A stretch of DNA of 61,252 nucleotides, the filler included, from Chiloscyllium plagiosum (Eukaryota): NCBI RefSeq assembly GCF_004010195.1. It is 3 parts of one record of this genome, joined end to end, with 100 filler letters (N's around TTAATTAATTAA, not from the genome) between each part and the next. Parts side by side here need not be neighbours in the genome. Positions count along the whole stretch, not along the records: positions 19,339 to 47,213 come from NC_057715.1; 2 more parts are not named here. One strand, written 5' to 3'. Positions 26,501 to 38,220 of the stretch are shown here, one piece after another. The notes beneath the pieces were generated by a model that saw only the letters and a program-made list of their open reading frames with translations, made no database searches and had not been told where the DNA came from. The position numbers and the translations under genes are program-made. The number at the start of each line of letters is the position of its first letter. Within the stretch, counting starts at the first letter, position 1.

Positions 26501-27889
26501 ATGATTTACTACCATTATTAGTCCGGAATTATGAGTCATGAATCATGAAATCAGCCACTGAATTAGTAAAAATAATTTATTCTTTGGCTTTTATTTCCCT
26601 TCAGCATTTCAATCAGTATTTGTAGCTGGAAATAACAATCCTAATCCCTCTCTGGTTGTCCCTTAAAGCAAGGAGGGCACTCACCACAGCGCACAGCCCA
26701 TGGCAAGAACCCGTGAGGGGAATATTTTAATATGAGCATCATTACCCTGGTGCTACTATGTGGTTGACCAGGAGACTCTCCAGCTCATAATGTCTGGCAT
26801 GATCTTATTGGAAGGATCTGCTGGTTGGTAGCAGACCTGTTTTGACGTCTTATGAATGAATCTTCCGTGATCATCAAGTCTCAAAGTGGAATTCAAACAG
26901 GTCAGAGGCATGATGACTGCACCATAAGACCTTCTGATAACCAATTTGTAACTGTTCCAGTCCTGATGACATCCAATTCATGAATTGCCTCCTTTATTTG
27001 AAAGTGTCTGTGGAGAGATTCCTTTATATTGTGGGAGGTTCTAACTCTGCCTTTGTGGAGCAGATGCACTCTCAGTTTGACAAAATCTTGTGCAAAGAGC
27101 ACATAATGAAAGCTTTCTTTTGCATTATTACAAAGCCAAAGCTCAAGTGAATGTAAGCTATATTAGATGCAATGTCAGGAGAAAGCGGGGACTGCAGATG
27201 CTGGATCATCATGCTGGATGATGTAATATCATCATGTCAATAACTGAGAAGCAATCTGAAGTACAGATTGTTTCCAAGTGTATATCTTGGCATTATTTTG
27301 GCTCTATCTGATATGTAAGTTTGAGAACATGAGGGGATTTTTCAGATGAATTGTGTGCGAAGTGATGTCTTCAGAACCTGGCTATGTTGACGACCAAAGG
27401 AATTTCCTGGAACTGATTTTAGACTGTCATGAAAAATAATGACTTTCATCAGATTGGAGATTCTTCCTTTCCATTTCTACACTGACTGTCTTACATTTGC
27501 CTGTTCTTAGTCTTTATTCATGTCATATTCCAATCTCCCATGCTGTTGGCTTCAAGTAGCAGGAAACTGCATGTCTCAGTGGGAAGCTTTGATGGTACAA
27601 TGGTTTTGAGAGGTATATTTTTTCCTGAGTTTTTTTTATGAGGAGTGGTTGAGACAGAGGTGTAGAGCAGTCTGCTCAAAGCTAATGAAGTAAATAGTTT
27701 GTGGGGTCTTCTTTTTGTGCAAAAGATGGAACAGAAGCAGCCAGAATGGATGAGGTCAAGCTCCCACAGAACCAAGATTTTAGTTTGAACTTTCAGTAGC
27801 TGTTGGGGTTGTGAAAGCTGCTACATCTCTCTCCCTCTCTCTCTGTTATGAGAGCTAAAAGCTTAGGCTCTCTTTCTGCTGCAAAAGTT

Positions 27890-28245
27890 CGCTCCCCCCA
27901 CCTCATCCCCGATTTAACCTTCCAACTTGGCACCACCATCTGGAACTGTCCTACCTGTCCATCCTCTTTCCCACCCATCTGCTCCACCCTCCTCTCCGAC
28001 TTAACCCATCTCCCCCATCGACATCTACCTATCGCCATCCCAGCTACATTCTCTGCAGCCCCACCCCACGCTCCTATTCATTTCTTAGCCACCTCTCCTC
28101 CCATGCCCCCCAACATTCCTGATGAAGGGCTTATGCCGGAAATGTCGATTCTCCTGTTCCTCAGATGCTGCCTGAACTGCTGAGCTTTTCCAGTGCAGAC
28201 AATTCAACTATGATCTCCAGCATCTGCAGTCCTCACTTTCTCAAA
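27890..28245 (+). mobile_element. PLE pseudo-LTR with hammerhead-like motif (~28116-28150)
   Basis: C-rich tract, then cattcctgatgaagggcttatgccggaaatgtcgattctcc. Confidence 0.75.
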
Positions 28246-28544
28246 GTACTTTAGTGCCAATTAAGTATTTTTTAATTGTTGTTACTCTAACAGCTTAAGA
28301 ACACAAAGTAGGAAACCGTATATTACCAATTGTTTTGTTTTCCAAATGCTTACATAGAATCGAACCACAGGCTGGTATTAGTATGTCTTCCAAAGTGCTT
28401 GATAAATGTATTCAAGATAAAACCAGCATTTAAAGAAGCATTGCAGTTAAAATTCAATTTGCTAAAAAAATGCAAGGTTTCTTAAAGCCACATGTTACGT
28501 GTTGTCGCCTGCTTTGGATTTTCTTTTGGGTACCAACTCAGAGT

Positions 28545-30350
28545 CAAAAAGTGTGGTGCTGGAAAGAGCAGCTGGTCTGGCAACATCCAAAGAGCAGGAG
28601 AATCGATGTTTTGAGCATAAGCTCCTCATCAGGAATATGGAAGTGGCCAAGGGGGCTGAGAAATGTATGGGAGTGGGATGGGGCTGGGGGGAATGTAGCT
28701 GGGAATGCGATAGGTAGGTGGAGGCTGGGGATGATGGTGATAGATCGGAGCAGGGGATAGAGTGGACAGGTGGAAAGGAAGATGGACAAGTAGGACAGTT
28801 CAAAAGGATGGTGCCGAGTTGTAGGGCAGGATCTGTGATAAGGTGGTGGGAGTGGGTTGAGGAAACTGGCGAAATCGACATTGATCCCATGTGGTTGGAG
28901 AGCCCCAAGGCAGAAGATGAGGTGTTCTTCCTCCAGGCATTGGGTAGCTTGGATTTGGCGATGGAGCAGGCCCAGGACTTACATGTCCTTGGTGGAGTGG
29001 GAGGGGGAGTTGAAGTGTTCAGCTACAGGGTAGTGGGGTTGTGCAGTGCGTGTCCCAGAGATGTTCTGCAAGTTGGCATCCTGTCTCCCAATGCAGAGGT
29101 GACCACATCAAGAGCAATGGACATGGTAGATAAGTTGCATGGAGGTGCAGGAAAATCTCTGTCAATGTGGAAGGACCCTTGGGGCCTTGGATGGAGGTAA
29201 GGGGGGAGGTGTGGGCACAGGTTTTACACCTCTTGCAGTGGCAAGGGAAGGTGCCAAGAGTAGAAGGTGGGTTGGTGGGGGGGCTGGCGTGATCTAACAA
29301 GGGAGTTGCTGAGGGAGTGGTCTCTGCGGAATACACATAGGGGTAGGGAGGAAATATATCTCTGGTGGTGGAGTCTGTTTGTAAGTGGTGGAAATGGCAG
29401 AGAATGATGCGTTGTATCCAGAGGTTGGTGGAGTGGAAGGTGAGGACCAGGGGAGTTCTGTCCTTGTTGCAATTGGAGAGGTGGGGTTCAAAGGCAGAGG
29501 TGTGAGAAGTTGAGGAGATGCATTGGAGAGCATTGTTGACCACACTGGGGGGAAAATTGCGGTCCTTAAAGTAGGAAGCCACCTGCGATGTTCTATGATG
29601 GAATTGATCATCCTGGGAGTAGATGTGGCAGAGGCGGAAGAATTGGAAGTAAGGGATAACGTTTTTACAGAGGGGGAGGGTGGGAGGAGGTTTAGTCCAG
29701 GTGGTTGTGGGAGTCAGTCAGTTTGAAGTAGATGTCCATGTTGAGTTGGTTGCCGGAAATGGAGATGGAGAGGGGAGCGAGGCATCCAAGATGAACTTGA
29801 GATCAGGATGAAATGTATTCGTGAAGTTGAAGAACTGTTCAACCTCCTCATGAGAGCACGAGGTGGTGCCGATACAGTCATCAATGTAAAGGAAGAAAAG
29901 ATGGGGGATGGCATCTGTGTAGCTGCGGAAGATGGACTGTTACACATATCCGATGAAGAGGCAGGCATAGCTGGAGCCCATGAGGGTGCCCATGGCTATC
30001 GCTTTGGTCTGGAAGAAGTACGAGGATTCAAGCGAGAAATTTTTGAGAGTGAGGACCAGTTTAGCCAATCAAATGAGTGTGTCAGTGAAAGGGCACTGGT
30101 TAAGGCGGAGGGAGAGGAGGAAGCAGAGGGCTTGGAGACCTTTGTCAGGGTGGATGGATGTGCAGAGGGACCGGATGTCCATGATGAAGATGATGCATTG
30201 GGGTTCAAGGAAACAAAAGTTATCGAGGAGGTGGAGGGCATGGGTGGTGTCCCGAATGTATGTAGACCAAGCGGGACAGGACGGTGTCAAGGTATGAGGA
30301 GGTAAGTTTGGTGGGGCAATGGCTCGACTGGGGCAGTCAGGTTTGTGAAT
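28545..30350 (-). mobile_element. Penelope-like (Neptune-type) element: RT, GIY-YIG endonuclease and pLTR, frameshifted
   Basis: LPKIHKPDCP, YIRDTTHAL, MDI.SL.TSI, MGT.MG.SYACLF, YIDDCIG, PLVLTFH, GTFPCHCKRCKTC and QGPKG. Confidence 0.85.
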
Positions 30351-30354
30351 TTTG

Positions 30355-31245
30355 GGTAACCCCACAATCTCCGGATACAATGCATCATCTTCCCGCCATT
30401 TCTGCCACCTACAAACAGACCCCACCACCAGAGATGTATTTCCCTCCCCACCCCTATCTGCATTCCACAGAAACAATTTTCTCTGTGATTCCCATGTTAG
30501 GTCCACGCCCCTCACCAACCCACCCTCCACTCCTGGCACCTTCCCCTGCCACCACAAGAGGTGTAAAACCTTGCCCTTCACCTCCATCCAAGACCCCAAA
30601 GGATCCTTCCACATCCCACAGAGATTTTCTTGCACCTCCATACACGTCACCTAAAGTGTCCATTGCTTTCAATGTGGTTTCCTCTGCATTGGGGCAGCAA
30701 CTTGTAGAACATTTCAGAGAACATCTCTGGGACACACACACTAAGCAATCCCACTGCCCTGTGGCCGAACACTACAGCTCCCCCTCCCACTCAGCCAGGG
30801 ACATGCAACTCATGGGCCTCCTCCACCGCCAAATTTTAGCCACCCGATGCCTGAGGAAGAACGCCTCATCTTCTGCCTTGGGACCCTCCAACTGCGTGGG
30901 ATCAATGTTGATTTCAACAGTTTCCTCATTTCCCCTCCCCCCAACTTATCCCAGTTCCAACCTTCCAACTCGGCACCGCCCTCATGAACTATCCTACCTG
31001 ATCATCTTCCTTCCCACATATCCACTCTACCCTCCTCTCCGAATTATCACCATTGCCCCCCCATTTTCATCTATCTATTGCATTCCAGCTACCTTCCTCC
31101 CAGCCCCAAACCCCACCTATTTATCTCTCAGTCCCCGCACCACCACCACACCACATTCCTGATGAAGAGCTTATGATCGAATTGTCGACTCTCCTGCTCC
31201 TCAGAAGCTGGCTGACCTGCTGTGCTTTTTCAGTGCCACACTTTT
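30355..31245 (+). mobile_element. Inverted PLE copy (endonuclease and pLTR)
   Basis: RHFCHLQTDPTTRDVFPSPPLSAF...GTFPCHHKRCKT...FREHLWDT...EERLIFCLGTLQ. Reverse-complement homolog of 28545-29430. Confidence 0.85.
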
Positions 31246-31659
31246 TTAACTTGTTGAAGATTGAAAGAGTTTTTGTTTTGATATGTGTAATATGGCAAGA
31301 AAGAGGCAAGAATGCCTTATCTAAGGAAACTCAAGATGCAAGGAAGAACCAGCAATTGCTGTTAATGCAACATTCGATGTTGTCATTATATATTTTGGTC
31401 CATGTTAAACAAATTCAAAGTATCCCACAAAACAAAACTCACAATAAAGTTACCAATCTTACAAAGTGAAACAATAATTTTGAAGCTATGGTTAAAGAAA
31501 AACTTAAGCTTTGTAACTCAACTCAGTTTCGTGGCACAATGGTCATCAGTTCATCAAGCAAATAGGCTCTTTGATAAGACTATCTCTTTTCGAGTCATTC
31601 TATTACTTTCTATATACTGTGTCCAGTTCTACTCCCCACAACATTGGGAGGTACTCAAA

Positions 31660-32100
31660 CATAGAAACATAGAAAATATGGACAAAATAGGACATTTGGC
31701 CCTTCAAACCTGATCTGCTATTCAGTATGATCATAGCTGATCATCCAAGTCAGTAACATGTTCCCCTTTTCTCCCATACACTTTGATCCCATTAGCCTAA
31801 AGCACTATGTCAATTCCTTCTTGAAAACGATCAATATTTTGGCCACCTTCTGTGACAGAGAATTTCACATACTCACCACTCACTAGGTGAAGAAAATCTC
31901 ATTTTAGTCTTAAATAGCCTACCCGGTATCCTAAGACTGTGATCCCTGGTTCTCTATTCCCTGGTCATCAAGAACATCCTTCCAGCTTGCCCAAATTAGT
32001 CCTGTTAGAAATTTATAGATTTTCCTGAGATCCACCTCATTCATTGAATCTCTAGTGAATATAACTCTAACAGGTCTAATCTCTCTTCACACATCAGTCT
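31660..32100 (-). mobile_element. CR1 LINE 3' end, reverse orientation
   Basis: Starts with the (catagaaa)n reverse tail, followed by decayed RT C-terminal sequence. Confidence 0.65.
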
Positions 32101-34180
32101 GGCTGTCTTATTTTTTCTGTTCATTCAGCCTGTTTGTGATTGCTAAATGAAATTGAGTTATAGTCCACCAACACATTAACTTTAAAAAATCTATGCATGT
32201 GTTAAAAATTGGGCATAAAGGCAAAGTTTAGTTCCTGAAGCTGGCCAAAGGTGGGAAGTACATTTCGACAGGGATTAGTGCTGGGATTACTACTGTTCAG
32301 GACTAACATAAATTATTTGGATGATTAGGAATTGTGGGTGAATCTTTAGTGTCTTTCCAAATATAAAGGAAGATGCATACATACAAGGAACATGATTAGG
32401 CCACTTAGCTACTTGAGCCTGCTCTGCCATTCAGTTAGATCTGAATGTAATCTTAATCCGTATTCCCATCATCCTAATAAACTTTCATCCCCTTGCTAAA
32501 CATGAATCTATCTACCTCTACCTTAAAAATATTCCAGGACTCTGCTTTCTCCACTTTTTCAGAAAATGAGTTCCAAAGACTCATGAGAAAAGAAAGCCTC
32601 ATTTCTATTTTAAATGAGTGACACCCAATATTTCAAGAGCAACCTCTAGTTCTAGTTTCTTCCACACAAAGAAACATCTAACAAATGTATATTGCCAAGA
32701 CCCCTTCTGTCATCATATATCATAAGGGTCATATCTGTTTCACTCAAATTATCTCTTGCTGTTCTACTCTCCAGTGAATACAATACTATCTTGCCCAACC
32801 ATTCCTCAAAAGACGACTCACTCATTTCAAGTCTTAGTCTGGCCAAACTTCTTTAACCTACCTCCAGTGCATTTAATATTTTAAGTGACCAGTAGTATAC
32901 ACAGTACTCAAGACGCATAACCTTCTTACTTTTGCATTTCCCTGCATTAAATGATAACATGCCATTAGGTTTCTTAATTACTTTCTGGACCTGCATTGTA
33001 ACCTTTTGTTATGCATACATTAGAACACCTGGATTCCTTAGTATCTCACCATTTATATAATATGCTTTTTTCCTCATTCTTCCTGCTAAAATGGACAATT
33101 TAAAAGTTTACCACATTATACTCTGTTTAATATATCTTTTCACTCACTTAGCCTATTTATATCCTTCTGCAGCATCCTTATATCCTCTCCACAATTACTT
33201 TCATACCTATCTTTGTATCATTAGCAAACTTGGTAACCACACCTTGGTCCATTTATCATTTTTAAGTTATTTATAAAAGTCGTGAATAGTTTAGGTTCAT
33301 GGCATCAATTATTATAGCACACTTCTCTTTACATCCTGCCAACCTGAAAAAGATTCATTCAAGGTTAATTTCCACGTCCTGTTAATCAAACAACCTTCTA
33401 TCTAACGCAATATGTTACCTCTTATACCATCTGCTTTCATTTTCCACAATAATCTGTGGTGTGACATTATATAAAATCCCTTCTGGAAATTTAAATAGAA
33501 TAAGTCCACTAGTTTTCCTTTGTTCATACATGTGTTATCTCCTGAATGAACTCCAAGAGATTTTTCAAACAATATTTCCCATATTGTGGCAACAAAACAA
33601 ATTTCACTGTATCTTCAAGATATATGTGACAATAAATAAATCATTCCATTCATTCCATCCCATTCCAAGCCATGTTGGCTTAGCCTGATTACCTCCTCAA
33701 TTTATTTTATTGTCTTACTTTAACTTATTTAGTAGTAGAAACTAATATTTCTAATGACAGATGTTAAGCTAACTGAGGTGTGATTTCCTGTTTTCTTTCC
33801 CCTGCTTTTCTTGAATAAATATTTATATTTACTCTCTCTAATCCACTGGGACCTTAACTGAATCAAGGGAATTTTGGAAATTAAATCCAATACATCAACA
33901 ACCTCACTGGTTACTTCATTGAAAAATATGGGAAGAAAGTCCACTACGACTCTGGCAGTTATCAATGTTAAAAATTCAGTCAGTACCATATCACTATTGA
34001 TATGGGTTACCTTCCTCCTTTAGATTTCCTGACTTATTGCTGATGTCTAGGACATTATTTGAATCGTCTGTGGTGAAGACTGATGCAAAATACTTGTTTG
34101 ATCCATCTGGCAGCTCATGATTTTTCATTATTAATGGCTCAGACTCACTTTTCACAGGAACAATGCTTACTTTGTTCACA

Positions 34181-34410
34181 GTTAAAAATCACACAACACC
34201 AGGTTATAGTCCAACAGGTTTAATTGGTAGCACACTAGCTTTCGGAGTGACGCTCCTTCATCAGTGACGCTCCATCACAATCACCTGATGAAGGAGCGTC
34301 ACTCCGAAAGCTAGTGTGCTTCCAATTAAACCTGTTGGACTATAACCTGGTGTTGTGTGATTTTTAACTTTGTACACCCCAGTCCAACACTGGCATCTCC
34401 GAATCATGAC
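34181..34410. mobile_element. Palindromic PLE-type non-autonomous unit with two opposed hammerhead-like motifs and a perfect 13-bp TSD
   Basis: Arms ~34181-34264 and 34285-34368, followed by a 42-bp tail. TSD tactttgttcaca at 34168-34180 and 34411-34423. Confidence 0.85.
34282..34316 (+). ncRNA. Minimal type I hammerhead ribozyme-like motif
   Basis: cac-CTGATGA-a-ggag-cgtca-ctcc-GAAA-gc-TA-gtg. All core nucleotides present; stem I cac/gtg; AGCU palindrome. Confidence 0.65.
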
Positions 34411-34849
34411 TACTTTGTTCACATTTCTTTTTAAATATTCACAGAAACTCTCACTTATATTTCCAACTAGCTTTCTCTCACAGTCTAATGTTCTCATTGG
34501 CCATTCTCCACTGTATTTTATAATATTGTCCAATCATTTGACTTGCCACTGATGTTTGCACAATTATATATTTTTCTTTTCATTATCTCTGACTTTTCTA
34601 CTTAACCATAAGGTCTCTCCATTGGAAATTTATCTTTCATATTAGAATGTACCTATCACGTGTATTCTAAAACATCCCCTTAAAGATTTGCCATTGCATC
34701 TCTATTGACCTTCTCCTTAATTGATATTGACAATTCCTTTCAGCCAGTTCTGTTTTCATGCTGTCATAATTACCATTTTTAAAATAAGTCTTGAATACAC
34801 CCTTTCCCTTTCAAACTGAATGTAAAATTCAACCATGTTAGAGTATATT

Positions 34850-35165
34850 AGGAGGCAATGGCCAAGTGATGTTATCACTGGATTATTAATCCCAAGACCC
34901 ATGCAATGTTCTGGGGACCTGGGTTTGAACCCTGCAATGGCAGTTGATGAAGTTTAAATTCAATTAAAAAATAAATGTGGAACTAGGAGTCTAATGATGA
35001 CCATGAATTATTACCAAATGTCAGGAAGTAAAACCTAGTCTTCACATTGTCTTGCCTATATGTGACTCCTGACCCATAGTAAATGTGACTTTAACTGCAC
35101 TCTGGGCAATTAGGAATGGGCAATCAATATGGCAGAGCCAGCAAAGGCCTCATTTTGTGAATGAA
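34850..35165 (+). mobile_element. tRNA-derived SINE (second family, CR1-type tail)
   Basis: tRNA-like head with B-box gggtttgaaccc; homologous to 52035-52390. Confidence 0.65.
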
Positions 35166-35959
35166 TATTGTTACCTTTGCTATGGGATTTATAATAGTCC
35201 TATCTCATTGTACAATACCATGTCTGTATAGCGTGCTCTCTGGTGAGCTCCAGAGCAAGATGTTCTAAAAGAAAACTATCCAGAAAATACTGAGATTCTC
35301 AGCTGGTTACCTTTGCCTGTTTGTCTTTTCCAGTCAATATGTCAACTAAAATTTCTCATGGTTATTGGTTGTGCCTTTTTAACAACTTTCAAGCCCTTGT
35401 TGGTTCTTGCTTTACACTCAACTCTATAGGTGGTTACTGCTAAAGGGCCTGTAAACTATTCCCCCAAATGACTTCTTACTTTTATTATTCTTATCTCTGC
35501 CCAAATTTTTCCACATCCTGGATTCTTGAATTTAATTCATACCTATCTTTTTTATGAATACCATCATTAGCTAACAGCAATACTCATCGACTTTCTCTAA
35601 TATTCTGTCCTTATTAAATACTTTGTACTATTGAAGATTAAGATCCCAGTACATGTCATTCTGCAGCCACATCTCTGAGACAGCTACCTGATTGCACTTA
35701 TCTACTTCTATGTACCTTCTCAGTTCATCTGTTTTACTTTGAATGCTGTGTGTGTTCAGATTTGGAAAGTATAGTTTTTATTTTTTTCACAAATGTTGGT
35801 CTTATCTGTTGGTTTACTCTTAGATTTAATAATCTTCATCCCTTCCTGTCACAGTCTGCTTACGATTTCCTGTAACAATGCCCTTCAGTTTAGCCTTAAA
35901 TCTCATCTTTGATTGATCACTCTCTACCGTTGTCCCCACCATTCAATTTAAAATCCCTC

Positions 35960-36181
35960 CATAGGTGGTTTTTCTATAACATGATGGTTGCATTCATGTG
36001 CAACCCTGTGTTATAGAAAAATAATGCTTTAGGATCAACATTTAAAGTGTTGGCAACGCATTTGCATTACAGCCAACACACATTTAAAAGTTTGCACTTT
36101 AGAAACAGTGTCACCAATTTGTCAACCACATTATAACAAATTTATGTTAATAAAACGCACGTTATAGCAGAATGATCTGTA
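35960..36181. mobile_element. Tc1/mariner (Tigger-like) MITE, degraded
   Basis: Imperfect TIRs cataggtggtttttctataac / gttatagcagaatgatctgta, with internal gttata repeats. Confidence 0.55.
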
Positions 36182-36199
36182 CTACACTTGGAATGCACT

Positions 36200-36850
36200 T
36201 GTTATGGACTAGGCCAGACCCCCTAAAAATATTTTAAGAAGGTTAAAAACAACTTTTCTAGTTGTTTTAGGCAGATGTATGGTGGATATCTCAGGAGTGA
36301 TGCAGCTGGCGAAACCACTTGGCTTCAAGTAAAACAATTTATTTACACACCACAAAGGAAACGCAAACAAAAGAAAACAGAATTTGAAAATCTGACTGAC
36401 ACGATATCCCCCGCCACTTAACAAAGAAGCTGTTTCAATTTCCTGCAACATCTCCATAAACACAACCCTTGACAAACAAAGGTAAATAAAAACACAGGTT
36501 CTGACAGGAGAGATGTCAGAGAGAGAGAGAGAGAGAGAGAGGATCAGTCAGAGATCATTAGCTGAAGCATGGAACCTCTTTCCATTGCAGCTGTTTCCCT
36601 AGGTCCCCAGCTAAAACTAAACCAAACTAGAAAAATCCCTGAACTGGGAGAACTGGCCCATCTCCTTTCATTATACAACTGTTTTAAACAAAACCTAAAA
36701 GCCTTTTCTCTGATTTTGCCATGGGAAGTACCTGTTAGCTATTAGCAAAGTGGCTAAAACCCAGAAAAATTGGAACCTCTGCCTTTTACAATCCCTCTTG
36801 AAAAAAAAACAAGCACAACATAACCTTGTTAAGGGAGCATCATCGTCACT
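36200..36850. mobile_element. Putative solo LTR
   Basis: A ~650-bp block starting tgttatgg that interrupts the CR1 and contains a (GA)n tract. No clear TSD. Confidence 0.35.
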
Positions 36851-37049
36851 GGTTGGCAAGAACACAAGATCACTATGGTCTGGGTGGGAGACTGTTCCAA
36901 TAGTATAGGTCCTACTTTCTCCCTATTGATGTCAGTGATTTGTGAACTTGAGCACACTTTGCCCACACCAGACGTTGAGCCATATACTCTCCCTTATTTG
37001 ATTTTCCTTCTGCTAATTTACAGATAATTCAACTAATAATCCAGAGATT

Positions 37050-37365
37050 CATAGAATGCCTACAGTGTGGAAACAGGCCATTCAGCCCAACGAGTCAACA
37101 CAGACCCTCCAAAGACCTTCGCACCCAGATGCTCCTCTAACCCTGTAACCCTGCATCTCCTATGGATAATCCACCTAACCTACACTTTCCTGGACACTCG
37201 GAGCAATTTAGCATGGCCAATCCATCTAACCTATACATCTTTGGAGGAAGCCCACACAGACACAGGGAGAATGTGCAAACTCCATACAGTCAGCCGAGGG
37301 AGGAATTGAACCTGGGATCCTGGTGCTGTGAGGCAACAATGCTAACCACTGAGCCACCGTACCAC
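37050..37365 (-). mobile_element. HE1-like V-SINE, reverse orientation
   Basis: Reverse complement of ggtggctcagtggttagc...gttcaattcc...ggagtttgcacattctccc. Confidence 0.8.
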
Positions 37366-37819
37366 CAACACCCCACCCCCAACCCCCACCCCCAACAATG
37401 ATATTGGAGGCTTTGCTTTCTAACTTGGCATTTAGTTCCCCATACTGTCCATGTAGAAAGAACCTCCTTCATTGCCCTGCCTATGTTTTTAAAACCGAAG
37501 GAAATCAAGACTAATGGATCCTTCACTTCCTATTGCAAGAATTTCCAGCCATAAGCAGTTGCAACTAAAATGGGCTAAATGAACCTGCTCATTTAGGAGA
37601 CTTGTGATCCTGCAAAAAGATAGACAAATACTAAAAACTGGACAACACAGATGGAGAATAGGTGGAATGAGCATGTTGAATATTACTTAAAAATGACATA
37701 ATTTGTTCTTCTATTTTTCAAGATGTAACAATAAGATATTATAGAGCTTGAACTGCTTCTCCTCCCCAAACTTTGAAAGATTGTGATGCTGGCTGCCATC
37801 CATAAATTGGAAAATGATT

Positions 37820-38220
37820 AAAAGCTGCTGAAGTAGATACTGTTTAGGCAGTAATGGAGGAGGTATCCAGGGAAATTGGTGATGAAACTATTCACAAATT
37901 GCAGTAAAATATGGAACATTGAACAGCTCCCTGAGGACTGGGAAAAGTTACAGTACTGGTGTTTTTTGGATAAATGAAAGAGGTAATAGCTAGTTCAAGA
38001 TCTGTCATGCAATTAGTCTCCTGAGTAGTACTTGTAAAGTATTCATGACTGTCTTACAAATCAAATTACTAACAAAGTTGATTCACTGTTTGATAATGGA
38101 CAGAACGGGTTCAATAAAAACGGAGGCACAGTAGAACATATGTTTACCCTCAGGCACCTTCTGAAAAATACTATGAGAAAGAGCAGACCTTCTGTACCAA
38201 CATCGCTGACTTTCGACTGA
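37820..38220 (+). mobile_element. Decayed RTE-like RT fragment
   Basis: Remnants of LPEDW, ISLLSSTCKVF and GF...GGTVEHMFTLRHLL. Confidence 0.5.

Larger units (their letters stand above)
32370..37040 (-). mobile_element. Long, old CR1-like LINE interrupted by several younger insertions
   Basis: Reverse remnants such as KKTGNHTSVSLTSV (33729-33989 ORF) and NKYFASVFT (33994-34179 ORF), continuing colinearly toward ORF1-like sequence. Confidence 0.6.
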
